Positions 36,362-45,687 of a DNA stretch of 64,000 nt are shown piece by piece. The notes below the pieces were generated by a model. That model was not told where the DNA came from. It saw only the letters and a program-made list of their open reading frames with translations, and made no database searches. The position numbers and the translations under genes were made by a program. How positions within the stretch are numbered: the first letter of the stretch is position 1; each line of letters begins with the position of its first letter. Source of the stretch: Gammaproteobacteria bacterium. Its GTDB lineage: Bacteria > Pseudomonadota > Gammaproteobacteria > Eutrophobiales > Eutrophobiaceae. The stretch is taken from positions 1,152,001 through 1,216,000 of the forward strand of contig OZ220696.1 of assembly GCA_965116495.1 (NCBI GenBank), given 5' to 3'.

Positions 36362-37389
36362 CAACCATTATCCAGCATTTCCCTTACCAGTGGAACGACG
36401 CGTTCCTGAAATCGCCGCATGTTGTTTAACATGTAGTCAACAAATTCCGCGCCCGTAAAACCTCCGGGTTTATAGCCGCCCGAGCCGCCTGAAAGCTCCA
36501 CGATCGCCTGGTCAAACCCGAGGTCAAACACCCGTCTTTTCAAGGTTCTTGCAACTTCCTCGTCATTGCCGGCAATAAAACATTCATAAACATCGAAATT
36601 ATTACGGGTGTATTCGGTTGTCCGGTTGCCCTGCCTGGCGCAAGTTTCAATAAACGCGTCAAAATCGAATTCGCCGTCAACCAGTTTTACGCCCACGTTA
36701 CGCGCCAGTTTTACCGTGGAAAAATCACGGCCGGCTTCTTCAAAACGCATTTTTGCAATGGCCAGCAATTCGCGCACATGGTCATCGTCCGCATGATATA
36801 CGTTGATGTGATCCGCAAATTCCGCGGCGATCCTGGGCATCAGTTTTTTGCCGAATATCAACCCTATCCAGATGGGTGGATGAGGCTTCTGGACCGGTTT
36901 AGGCTCATTAACCGCATTCTTCAATTGATAGTATTGTCCATCGAACGTGACATGCTTCTCGGTCCACATCCGCCGAATGATATCCAGTTCCTCCCGGAGT
37001 ATGGCAATACGTTCAGACGGTTTTTCAGGATAAGGTTGACCCCAGGGCAGATGCTGCTGGGGTTCATCACCTGGGCCCATGGCCAGTTGTAACCGGCCAT
37101 TACTTATCTGGTCGACGATACTGCTCGATTTGGCCAGTACCGATGGATGACGTCTGGAGAAGGGTGATACCAGGGGACCGAATTTTACCTTTTTTGTCAG
37201 CTCTGCAATCACCGGCAGGACCGACCATGTGTCCAGGACCGGCGCTTCCTGCGTATAAGGTTCCGGCCCCACGATATTATCCATCATCCACAGGTAGTCG
37301 TAACCAAGTTCTTCGGCAGCAATCCATAATTCTTTTGCTTCTCGGTAGTTACCACCGAGGCCGTTTAAATATACCCCGAAATCAGCCAT
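36361..37389 (-). CDS. LLM-class flavin/F420-dependent oxidoreductase
   Basis: AEELGYD, GPLVSP..RRHPSVLAK...VDQISNGR, PKPVQKPHPPIWI. Confidence 0.88.
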   Translation of the reverse strand: MADFGVYLNGLGGNYREAKELWIAAEELGYDYLWMMDNIVGPEPYTQEAPVLDTWSVLPVIAELTKKVKFGPLVSPFSRRHPSVLAKSSSIVDQISNGRLQLAMGPGDEPQQHLPWGQPYPEKPSERIAILREELDIIRRMWTEKHVTFDGQYYQLKNAVNEPKPVQKPHPPIWIGLIFGKKLMPRIAAEFADHINVYHADDDHVRELLAIAKMRFEEAGRDFSTVKLARNVGVKLVDGEFDFDAFIETCARQGNRTTEYTRNNFDVYECFIAGNDEEVARTLKRRVFDLGFDQAIVELSGGSGGYKPGGFTGAEFVDYMLNNMRRFQERVVPLVREMLDNG

Positions 37390-37502
37390 CTGTCGTTCCC
37401 CTTTGTGTATAAAAACCGGGCCACTACAAGCAATAATATCAAATGCAACCGTATCAGTTGAAAAACAATCAAACATTGCCATACTAGAAATGAATTGTAG
37501 CA

Positions 37503-37523
37503 AATACTACTAAATTAGTATTT
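37503..37523. promoter_or_regulatory. Repeated motif (ATACTGA..TAGTAG class), candidate Lrp/AsnC operator
   Basis: 20/21 identical to the reverse complement of 40862-40882. Confidence 0.55.
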
Positions 37524-37565
37524 TGTTTGACGCTGTTGCCACACGTAAACTAAAGGAGGTTGAGC

Positions 37566-37979
37566 GTGACTGAACCGAAGAGTATTTCCGGCCGTTGTCT
37601 CTGTGGCGGTATTCGCTATGAAATTGCCGGTGAAATCATCGGCGCCGGCCACTGCCATTGCGCCATGTGCCGGCAACAATCCGGTAGTGCATTTATGACT
37701 GCCGGATTCGTAGCACCCGGTGAGTTTCACTGGACCGAAGGGGAAAACCTGATAGCGAGCTATGAGTCCTCGCCCGGGGCATTTCGAATCTTCTGCAAGG
37801 TGTGCGGGTCGAACCTCGGCGCGACAGAAGAAGGGCGGGTCACACTGATCTTTCTGGGGACCGTGTCAGGCGATCCGGGCGTTCGCCCGGCAGAACATAT
37901 ATTCGTAGGTTCAAAAGCGCCCTGGCATGAAATTACCGACGACCTGCCACAGTACGACGGGTTCCCTCCCTCTGAGTGA
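37566..37979 (+). CDS. GFA/CENP-V-family protein
   Basis: GRCLCG, CHCAMCR, FCKVCGS, HIFVGSKAPW; GGAGG RBS. Confidence 0.9.
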   Translation: MTEPKSISGRCLCGGIRYEIAGEIIGAGHCHCAMCRQQSGSAFMTAGFVAPGEFHWTEGENLIASYESSPGAFRIFCKVCGSNLGATEEGRVTLIFLGTVSGDPGVRPAEHIFVGSKAPWHEITDDLPQYDGFPPSE

Positions 37980-38032
37980 AGCGCCGGGATGACTTATCCC
38001 GGCAGGTAAAATGTGAAGTATCGCCAAGATGA

Positions 38033-39208
38033 TCAGGTCGAAGTCTGAGGCTCCGGGTACGAATGGCGCCGTAATCCGGCGCTGAACACCAGGCTGCCGG
38101 CAGCGCAGATGAGCGCCAGGATTATTATGAACAGGCCCAGTTCACCATAACCGGAGGCAGTAATGATATTGCCGGCCAGAAACGGGGCGGTTGCCGCACC
38201 CATCAGGTTGATGCCTGTTGCCCTGGCCGCCCAGCGCCCTTCGCCGTCGAGCATTGCACAGCCGCCGATGAGATAGGGAAAACCCAGGAAGAAAGCGAAG
38301 GAGAAGCCCAGAATACTTAGCTCGTATACCCATGTCTGGCCGGTGTTATACACCAGGTAGCCCGCTATGCCCATGATGATGCTGCTCGTCACAAGCGGTA
38401 TGTCCCGCCTGATTCGCTTCCCGGCTGCGGCAGACACTGCAGCGCCACACAAGCCGGCGACCTGGGCCGTCGCGAGAAGCAAACTGATGCGGGTATCGGT
38501 TAACCCCAGGTTGACGCCACTGCGCTCGCTGAAGGACCAGATTGAACCCTCTACGACGCAATAGATAAACAGGAGACCAACGCCGAATACTCCGAGCCGG
38601 AAAACACTGCGGCTATCAAATTGTTCCTTTGATGGCGTTTGAGACTCTGTGTCAGTCGCCGTTCCCGGCAGCATCAGTAACGGGAACAAAGCCAACACCA
38701 GCACAATCAGGTAAATGCCTGTCACGCCGTCAAACATGAACCGTTGCTTCACGAAGCCGATAGCCGTTATCACCATTACCATGAGCACGGTATTTAATCC
38801 TACTACGACACCGGCAACACGGTCAGGATCTGATGCCCGGCTGATTATCGCGCTGCAGGCCGCCAGGCACATACCCGAACCAATACCGCAAAAAATACGA
38901 AGCACTGATAGATAAACCAGGGCATCCTGTGAAAGGCTGAGCAGGTTGCCTGTTGCAGCCAGGCACACACCCGCGACAGCAAGCCTTCGCAGCGGCAGTT
39001 TGTCAAGCCAGCCTGACAACAGCACGCAACTCACGGCTACGGCGCCGATTTCCAGACTGCAGACCAGGCCGGCCTGGCTCTCATCCGTTCCCAGCCCGTC
39101 CATCAGTGCGCCGATATAAAGCGGTGAACTGAAAATGGTCAGGTTGCCGATGAGAAAGCCGGCCAGGGCTTCCAGCGAATAGCGCAGGTCAGAGCTACCG
39201 GTCGCCAT
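38033..39208 (-). CDS. MFS transporter
   Basis: Multi-TM; IWSFSERSG, LDGEGRW. Confidence 0.85.
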   Translation of the reverse strand: MATGSSDLRYSLEALAGFLIGNLTIFSSPLYIGALMDGLGTDESQAGLVCSLEIGAVAVSCVLLSGWLDKLPLRRLAVAGVCLAATGNLLSLSQDALVYLSVLRIFCGIGSGMCLAACSAIISRASDPDRVAGVVVGLNTVLMVMVITAIGFVKQRFMFDGVTGIYLIVLVLALFPLLMLPGTATDTESQTPSKEQFDSRSVFRLGVFGVGLLFIYCVVEGSIWSFSERSGVNLGLTDTRISLLLATAQVAGLCGAAVSAAAGKRIRRDIPLVTSSIIMGIAGYLVYNTGQTWVYELSILGFSFAFFLGFPYLIGGCAMLDGEGRWAARATGINLMGAATAPFLAGNIITASGYGELGLFIIILALICAAGSLVFSAGLRRHSYPEPQTST

Positions 39209-40796
39209 TCACTATGCCGTTTTGTTTAAAGATGTTGATTAATGGTCCCAGTTCATCCCTGTAGTGTTTCCATTTTCCCATGGATGACTGGTATATCGGC
39301 TGCCTGACCTGTACTGCACTGGCTGTGGTAGCCGGAGCCGGGTTATTGTGGAATTCGATGCATTGCGACTCCCACTCCAGGTTGCAATATTCCAGTAATT
39401 TCCTCACTTCCGCTTCCGTATTCTCAACAACATCCTCATAGGCCACACAATACAGCGCATCTCCCAGCACATCCCGCCAGTGCTCCACCAGTCGCCGATA
39501 AGCAAGGTAGTACCTGCCAAGTTCCTTCAAGTCATATGAAAACGGATAGATGCCGATGAACATTGTTTTGTAAATTGCAAAGCACGCATCCAGAGGGTCA
39601 CGCTCCAGGAGCACGATTTTTGCGTTCGGCAATGCAGCATGAATTATCCCGCAATACAGATAGTTCAGAGGTAATTTATCGATGAAATGTGGCGTATGGC
39701 CTGTCTTCGGCCTCGTACTTTCAATATAGTTTTCACCCAGCAGAGTGACGTCTGTTGCAACCGACCGGTCAATCATTTCCGTCATTTTCATTGTTGCGGA
39801 TCCTGATTTTTCCTGTATGGACTTGACCAGGACCGAGCTGAAGTTGTTCAGTTCGCCTGCTGAATATACCTTGCTGTGATTCCCGATGATCCTGTCTACC
39901 AGCGAGGTCCCGGTTCTGGGCAGTCCCAGGACAAAAATCGGTTCAGCGGATGCGTTGCCAGGACCGATTTTTGCCAGCGTGTCTTTTGTGTATACGTCGA
40001 TTATGCGGCCGAGCGCCTCGATATCGTCGGATACGTCATAGCGGGTATGGCGCCGCTGCAGGTCACAGGCGGATTTGATAAACCTGAATTGCTCGGCATA
40101 ACGCCCGGTATCCTCGTATTCCTTGGCAACGGCAAACCGCAATGAGATCTCACCACGCCAGTTTGTTACGCCGGAAAGCAGTAAGTCCTTCATTTGCTCA
40201 ATATGATTGTTTTCCTCCGTCCAGCTTTTCAGGTCGGCGCGGGCGTAATAGGCTTGATAGTTATGGGGGTCTGATTTGATGACCTGGTTGAAATTTGCTT
40301 CGGCCCCATCAATATCCCCGGTCATGCGCTGTATCAGGGCCAGGTTTGACCGGTAGAACGTATTGCCCGGTTCCTTATCCACCGCACGTCGGCTGTAAAC
40401 CAGCGCTTTTCCCGTTTCATCACACAGGGAATACATGGTTCCAATCATGTCATTCAGTGATGCTTCGCCCGGGTTGAATGAAACCGCCTTTTCCAGTTCC
40501 GGCAGGGATTGTGAATTTTTCCCGGCGCTGATATAAGCCCTTGCCAGCAGTAAATGGGAGCGGATATTTTCCGGGGCAAGCTCAACTACTTTCTCTGCAT
40601 TTTCTATCGCATTATCGTAATTGCGCTGTGCCATGTTTATGCTACAGAATAACGACCAGACCTGCGGTTTGTGCCGATACGACTTGAATAACTGGTTTGC
40701 AATATTGACGACTTCCTGCAGTTTTCCATTTGCCAGCAGGGTTTCAGCCCTTTGAACCATGTTTTCCAATTCGTTATTGATTGTTTCTGGGGGCAT
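39195..40796 (-). CDS. TPR-containing sulfotransferase
   Basis: N-terminal TPRs; PIFVLGLPRTGTSL PAPS loop, DKLPLN, TASAVQVRQPIY. Confidence 0.9.
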   Translation of the reverse strand: MPPETINNELENMVQRAETLLANGKLQEVVNIANQLFKSYRHKPQVWSLFCSINMAQRNYDNAIENAEKVVELAPENIRSHLLLARAYISAGKNSQSLPELEKAVSFNPGEASLNDMIGTMYSLCDETGKALVYSRRAVDKEPGNTFYRSNLALIQRMTGDIDGAEANFNQVIKSDPHNYQAYYARADLKSWTEENNHIEQMKDLLLSGVTNWRGEISLRFAVAKEYEDTGRYAEQFRFIKSACDLQRRHTRYDVSDDIEALGRIIDVYTKDTLAKIGPGNASAEPIFVLGLPRTGTSLVDRIIGNHSKVYSAGELNNFSSVLVKSIQEKSGSATMKMTEMIDRSVATDVTLLGENYIESTRPKTGHTPHFIDKLPLNYLYCGIIHAALPNAKIVLLERDPLDACFAIYKTMFIGIYPFSYDLKELGRYYLAYRRLVEHWRDVLGDALYCVAYEDVVENTEAEVRKLLEYCNLEWESQCIEFHNNPAPATTASAVQVRQPIYQSSMGKWKHYRDELGPLINIFKQNGIVNGDR

Positions 40797-40861
40797 GCCG
40801 GCTGTTTGTTATTTTCGGCCTGAAACGTACCGGTGGGCAAAGGAAATCCGGCTTCATTATT

Positions 40862-40882
40862 AAATACTGATTTAGTAGTATT
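40862..40882. promoter_or_regulatory. Second copy of the candidate Lrp/AsnC operator
   Basis: AAATACTGATTTAGTAGTATT in a divergent spacer. Confidence 0.55.
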
Positions 40883-40935
40883 ATGTTTGCATTATACTGT
40901 ATGCGTGACTGTATATCACATAAACGACTTAAATC

Positions 40936-41754
40936 GTGAATAACATTGATCCGAATGAAAAGCCAGGAATGAGGCTGCAGGAGTTACCCATTGCGGAGCA
41001 GTGGTACAGCAGCACGACACTGGATGATGGTATAACCCTGCTCACGGAGCCTTATGTGGACCGGCTTATCCGTTGTAACATCTGGCACATAAAAGGAAGG
41101 GAACAGGACCTGTTGATCGATACCGGTCTGGGGGTGTGCAGTCTTAGAGAAGCGGCCCGGGACCTGTTGGAGTCGCGGATTATTGCAGTAGCCACGCATA
41201 CCCATTATGACCATATCGGCAACCATCATGAGTTTGATGTGCGCGCAGTGCATGAAGCGGAGGTCGAACTGATGAGCATGCCTGAACCGGCGCCTTTATT
41301 TCTATCCGAGTTTGGTGAACAGGCGAATTATATTATTGAAGCGGGATATACACCGGACGAAGACCTGATCAAGGCCTTGCCTTATGCCGGGTTCGAACCG
41401 CACCATCATCAAACACAGGCAGCACCTGCAACCTGGATACTCCAGGAGGGTGATGTGATAGACCTGGGTAACCGCGCCTTTGAAGTATTGCATTTACCCG
41501 GTCATACGCCGGGCAGTATCGGCCTGTGGGAAGCTGACACAGGCATCCTGTTTTCCGGGGATGCAATCTATGACGGACCATTGCTCGCCAACCTGCCGGA
41601 AGCTGATATCGACGATTACATCGACACGATGGAGCGCCTGATAAGACTGCCGGTCCGTACCGTGCATGGGGGCCATGAGAGAAGTTTCGATCAACCCCGG
41701 CTGCTGGAAATTGCCAGGAAGTACCTGGAATCCTGGCGTGACGGCAGCACCTGA
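40936..41754 (+). CDS. MBL-fold metallo-hydrolase
   Basis: THTHYDHIG, PGHTPG, FSGD, GGH. Confidence 0.9.
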   Translation: MNNIDPNEKPGMRLQELPIAEQWYSSTTLDDGITLLTEPYVDRLIRCNIWHIKGREQDLLIDTGLGVCSLREAARDLLESRIIAVATHTHYDHIGNHHEFDVRAVHEAEVELMSMPEPAPLFLSEFGEQANYIIEAGYTPDEDLIKALPYAGFEPHHHQTQAAPATWILQEGDVIDLGNRAFEVLHLPGHTPGSIGLWEADTGILFSGDAIYDGPLLANLPEADIDDYIDTMERLIRLPVRTVHGGHERSFDQPRLLEIARKYLESWRDGST

Positions 41755-41910
41755 TCCCAGGCCTGAAACAACAGTTTGACCGGGACCAATACCAGGCCGG
41801 ACCCCCCGTCCGTATAACCGGCTTTCACGCCGCAAATAATCGAGTCATAATCAACGGTTACGGACTGCGATGGCTTGCGGATTTTGATGCATAATTCCCC
41901 TTTATATCCT

Positions 41911-42342
41911 TTAAGGTAACGTGAAATCCACAGCTTCCAGTGACTGCAACATTTCCAGTGTATCGCTGGCGTACCACATGCAAGTAATCGTGTTATTTTC
42001 AATGAGAAACATATCTCTGATTCTCCATGAGACCCGTTTGCCATGTGCAGGTATGCCTTTGTAATCTTCTAAAAAATCCGCACTGTAAACAGCATCCACC
42101 GTTACCATGCCTGTTTCTTCACCCACAACAATATTATTGATATCAAAGTTTTCATTACGGAATGCCCTGTCTGATGGACGTATGATCTGCTCCAGCAGCG
42201 CTTCCTTTCCATTGACCACCCCGGCTTTTGTCCAGTCATAGCAGACAACATCTTCTGCAACGTCTTTAAACCCCTCTTCAAGGGTCTTCGCAGTGTGTAT
42301 TTGATTTATAATCGCCAGCGCATTATCGGTATTAATTTTCAT
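41911..42342 (-). CDS. SnoaL-like/ester-cyclase protein
   Basis: YKGIPAHGKRVSW...DMF pattern. Confidence 0.7.
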   Translation of the reverse strand: MKINTDNALAIINQIHTAKTLEEGFKDVAEDVVCYDWTKAGVVNGKEALLEQIIRPSDRAFRNENFDINNIVVGEETGMVTVDAVYSADFLEDYKGIPAHGKRVSWRIRDMFLIENNTITCMWYASDTLEMLQSLEAVDFTLP

Positions 42343-42668
42343 GTTCTAATCTCAACTTTTAACCAGTCACCGTATAACCGTCTCAAGGACAGCCCGGGAT
42401 GGTCTGCAGGGACGCTTAAATGCAGGTTAAGGTTATCATCAGTTTGTACCTGCCTTTGCATACAGCCGATCAGTGTTTCATCTTCATCGTTCTGTACCCG
42501 CAGGTACCACCTTACCACCCGATTACGGAACCAGCTTGAACGATCGGACTCAAACGCCGTGAAGAACCAGCTATATTCATCATCGCTGGGCGTCGCCATC
42601 CCGGAAAAAATGAGTATCTCACCGTTAACATGCTCATACAGAAAATAGACCAGGCCGCCATGTACCAT
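42339..42668 (-). pseudogene. Probable C-terminal fragment of a VanA-type Rieske oxygenase
   Basis: TP.DD, QNDEDETL...MQ, SVPADHPGLSLRRLY resemble the end of the catalytic domain; no Rieske domain upstream. Confidence 0.45.
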
Positions 42669-42702
42669 GAGTTTTTTATATACGCCACTGAAACTCTGCC
42701 GG

Positions 42703-43197
42703 CTATTGTAATGATGGTCTGTTATAAACCAGTTTACGGGTTTCCAGGATAAGATTAAGTTCCGTAGACTTTATTTCCGGGATGTTCCTTATCTGGCGTA
42801 ACACGGATAACAGTTCATCGTAATCCCTGCACACCAGTTCGGCCATCAGGTCAAACAATCCGGCCGTCAGGATGACATATTCAACCTGTTTTATGGCTGC
42901 AAGCCGGTCGGCGACCTCAACAAAATCGCCATCGACTTTCATGCCCACCGAAGCCACCGCGTTCAAACCCAGCGCCTTTGGGTCCATTACCGCGGTTATC
43001 TGGCAAACCTTGTCTTTAACCAGCCGGTTCACCCGCTGCCTGACCGCGGCTTCCGATAATCCCACTATCTCGGCAATGGCCCGGTACGGCATGCGCCCGT
43101 CATTGCGTAGTTCCGTGATAATGCCTATGTCATGCTCATCGAGCAAACCATGAAGGTTTTCAGCAGATTTCCTGCCGCGGTTTATATTTTTCGGCAT
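42703..43197 (-). CDS. Lrp/AsnC-family regulator
   Basis: DGRMPY..IA..VGLSEAAVRQRV HTH; TAGLFDL. Confidence 0.92.
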   Translation of the reverse strand: MPKNINRGRKSAENLHGLLDEHDIGIITELRNDGRMPYRAIAEIVGLSEAAVRQRVNRLVKDKVCQITAVMDPKALGLNAVASVGMKVDGDFVEVADRLAAIKQVEYVILTAGLFDLMAELVCRDYDELLSVLRQIRNIPEIKSTELNLILETRKLVYNRPSLQ

Positions 43198-43332
43198 TCA
43201 GTTCTCCACCGTTCGCTTTAAGATACTGATATTATAGCTTAGCAAGCCGACTGAATCCGTAGTCAAATGCAGAATAAACTACTATTATCGTAAAGCCGAA
43301 CGGAATATATAGAACTTGATATCGAACGTCTG

Positions 43333-44337
43333 ATGGAAATATCAACGCTGATGGTAGGCTGGGGCTGGAACTACGAGCAGCTTCGGGCCGGGTGGTTGGA
43401 AATCGAGGAACTGGGTTACGACGCCTGTTATATGGGAGACGATTTGTTTCCCCATTACTTTGACGATGACCCTGCCAATGCCCAAGCCTCGGTAGAAGTT
43501 TACGATCCCTGGACGGTCCTGCCGGCCATGGCGGAGACAACACAGCGCATGCGCATCGGACCACTGGTCTCACCTTGCGGCCGGCGCCATCCGGCGCTGT
43601 TTGCCAAGATCACAACGCTGGTGGACATTATCAGTGAAGGCAGGTTGACGGTCGGCATGGGTGCCGGTAACTCCCCGGACCAGACCCGGGCCGTGGGTGA
43701 ATCCTATCTTGGTGCGACTGAGCGCAGCGCAAAGCTGGAGGAGGAAGTCCGGATACTGAATTCCCTGTGGACCGAGGAACGCACTACTTTTGAAGGCAAG
43801 TACTACACCGTGAAAAACCTGGTCAATTTCCCCAAACCGGCCCGCCGGTCCGGTCCGGAACTCCAGATCGCATTCAAGAGCAGGAAATTCCTCACACGTC
43901 TCGCCGCAGAGTTTGCCGACCGGGTGAATCTCCTTGGCACGGATGATGAAAAGGTAGTGGAGGCATTGAATACACTGAAAACCCATTGCGAAGATTTAGG
44001 CCGGAATTATGACGAGATAAAAAAAGGCCGGCTCGCCGCCATTTTGTTTACGGAGAGTGAAGTCGGATCCGATGAACTGGATCACGTCCTCGAGGAACGC
44101 GCCGCCCGGATCAACTATGACCCCGACGAACTCAAACGGGAACACAAGGGGTTTGTGCTTTCCTATGTCGGTCCGGTCAGTACCTGTGCTGCGGCATTGC
44201 GCAAACGTACCGTCGATATCGGCGTAACGGAACTCGTGATCTGTCCCGATACGGTCGGGGAAAATTCCTACGAGCGGACCATGGAAGGACTGCAAATATT
44301 CGCCCGGCAGGTGATGCCGCAGTTGAAAGCCTTATAG
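43333..44337 (+). CDS. LLM-class flavin/F420-dependent oxidoreductase
   Basis: EELGYD, DPW.VL, GPLVSP..RRHPALFAK...VDIISEGR, GMGAG. Confidence 0.88.
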   Translation: MEISTLMVGWGWNYEQLRAGWLEIEELGYDACYMGDDLFPHYFDDDPANAQASVEVYDPWTVLPAMAETTQRMRIGPLVSPCGRRHPALFAKITTLVDIISEGRLTVGMGAGNSPDQTRAVGESYLGATERSAKLEEEVRILNSLWTEERTTFEGKYYTVKNLVNFPKPARRSGPELQIAFKSRKFLTRLAAEFADRVNLLGTDDEKVVEALNTLKTHCEDLGRNYDEIKKGRLAAILFTESEVGSDELDHVLEERAARINYDPDELKREHKGFVLSYVGPVSTCAAALRKRTVDIGVTELVICPDTVGENSYERTMEGLQIFARQVMPQLKAL

Positions 44338-44341
44338 ATAC

Positions 44342-45493
44342 TCATCGTTGCACATACCTGAAAACCGGCCGATTCAACACCACCAGCATTAAGCCCAACG
44401 CCCCCAGGGTCAGCGCACCCGCAAACCACCCGACCGCCTCATATCCTGATTGCGCGGCCAATGCCCCGGCTATGATTGGACCGAATGCCAGGCCGAACGA
44501 TACGACGGGTGCGGACAGGGTGGTCCAGGCGCCGGATGTGTCGATTTCGGCCAGGGCGCCAAGGAAATAGGGATAGAGAAACAGGATGGTAAAGTTCAGA
44601 GGTAACAGACAAATAACATAGGTCTGCATGCTGGATGCGTGGGTGAGCCCGATAATAGAACCTGCGAGAAGTATAAGTCCTGCACTGAAGGGCAGGATAC
44701 GGCCATAGCGGACATTAACCAGAATGGCAATGACCGGTCCTGCGAGCCCGAGACCTGTCCCGACGCCAAGCAGCAACCCGATCGTTGTGGGTGAGAGACC
44801 TACCCGGTCACCCACACGTTCGCTGAATAACCAGACACTGAGGTCTGCCAGGGAAAATAACAGGAATGCCAGCAGGATCAGGATTCCCAGCGGCAGATGT
44901 GGAAATCTGGTGAGCGAAGATTTCCGCTTATCAGGCTTTTCTGCAACCGCGCGTTCCGGTAGAAAACTCAGAAAATAGCCCGTGAGCAGTACCACCGCAA
45001 GGACCAGGCACATGCCGGCGCGATAATCCCAGTGTACTGTCAATTGGGGTATCGCACTCACGAGAAGCATTGTGGCCGAACTGATGGCCAGTTGCGCTAC
45101 ACCAAAGATGCGTTCTGAATTGGCAGCCGTTGCACCCGCTGAGTTCGCAGCGCCCAGCACCAGTCCCTCGCCAAGCCCGATGACGAAGCGCGCAAGGGCG
45201 AACTGCCAAAGCTGCATGGAAACCAGGGCAACCAGGTATCCTGCGATAATAGCCAAAAGACCGAAAAGTGAGAAACGTCGAATATTTAGTACGGTTCCCT
45301 TTCCGGCAAACCAGACTGAAGCAATGGCAAGAGCCAGCATTTCCAGGCCGAATAACGCGCCAATTCCGGTATCCGTCAGGTTAAACCGCTCCATGAGCGG
45401 GCCGACGAGGACTACAAAACTGTATAGTCCTGCGTAGCCCACGACGTAGCCCGCGGCTACGCCGGCAGTCGATCGTAAGTGAGAATATTCCAT
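44342..45493 (-). CDS. MFS transporter
   Basis: Multi-TM; VWLFSERVG, IDTSGAW. Confidence 0.85.
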   Translation of the reverse strand: MEYSHLRSTAGVAAGYVVGYAGLYSFVVLVGPLMERFNLTDTGIGALFGLEMLALAIASVWFAGKGTVLNIRRFSLFGLLAIIAGYLVALVSMQLWQFALARFVIGLGEGLVLGAANSAGATAANSERIFGVAQLAISSATMLLVSAIPQLTVHWDYRAGMCLVLAVVLLTGYFLSFLPERAVAEKPDKRKSSLTRFPHLPLGILILLAFLLFSLADLSVWLFSERVGDRVGLSPTTIGLLLGVGTGLGLAGPVIAILVNVRYGRILPFSAGLILLAGSIIGLTHASSMQTYVICLLPLNFTILFLYPYFLGALAEIDTSGAWTTLSAPVVSFGLAFGPIIAGALAAQSGYEAVGWFAGALTLGALGLMLVVLNRPVFRYVQR

Positions 45494-45583
45494 GCGTGAA
45501 CCTTGCCCTTGAGGTAGTTTGGCTATCATTCTAGTCGAATTGCCCGGATAATTTGCGAAATTCGTTTTTCGGTGTTAGTATTT

Positions 45584-45598
45584 ATACTGAAGTAGTAG
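45584..45598. promoter_or_regulatory. Third copy of the candidate operator (ATACTGAAGTAGTAG)
   Basis: In the divergent MFS/TonB-receptor spacer. Confidence 0.5.
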
Positions 45599-45687
45599 GC
45601 ACGTGTGTTCCGGATTCCATTTATTGCGTACACATGGCGGCTATCCTGTAAGGAACGTTGAAGAAATCGCCATCTGAGGGGGAATTG

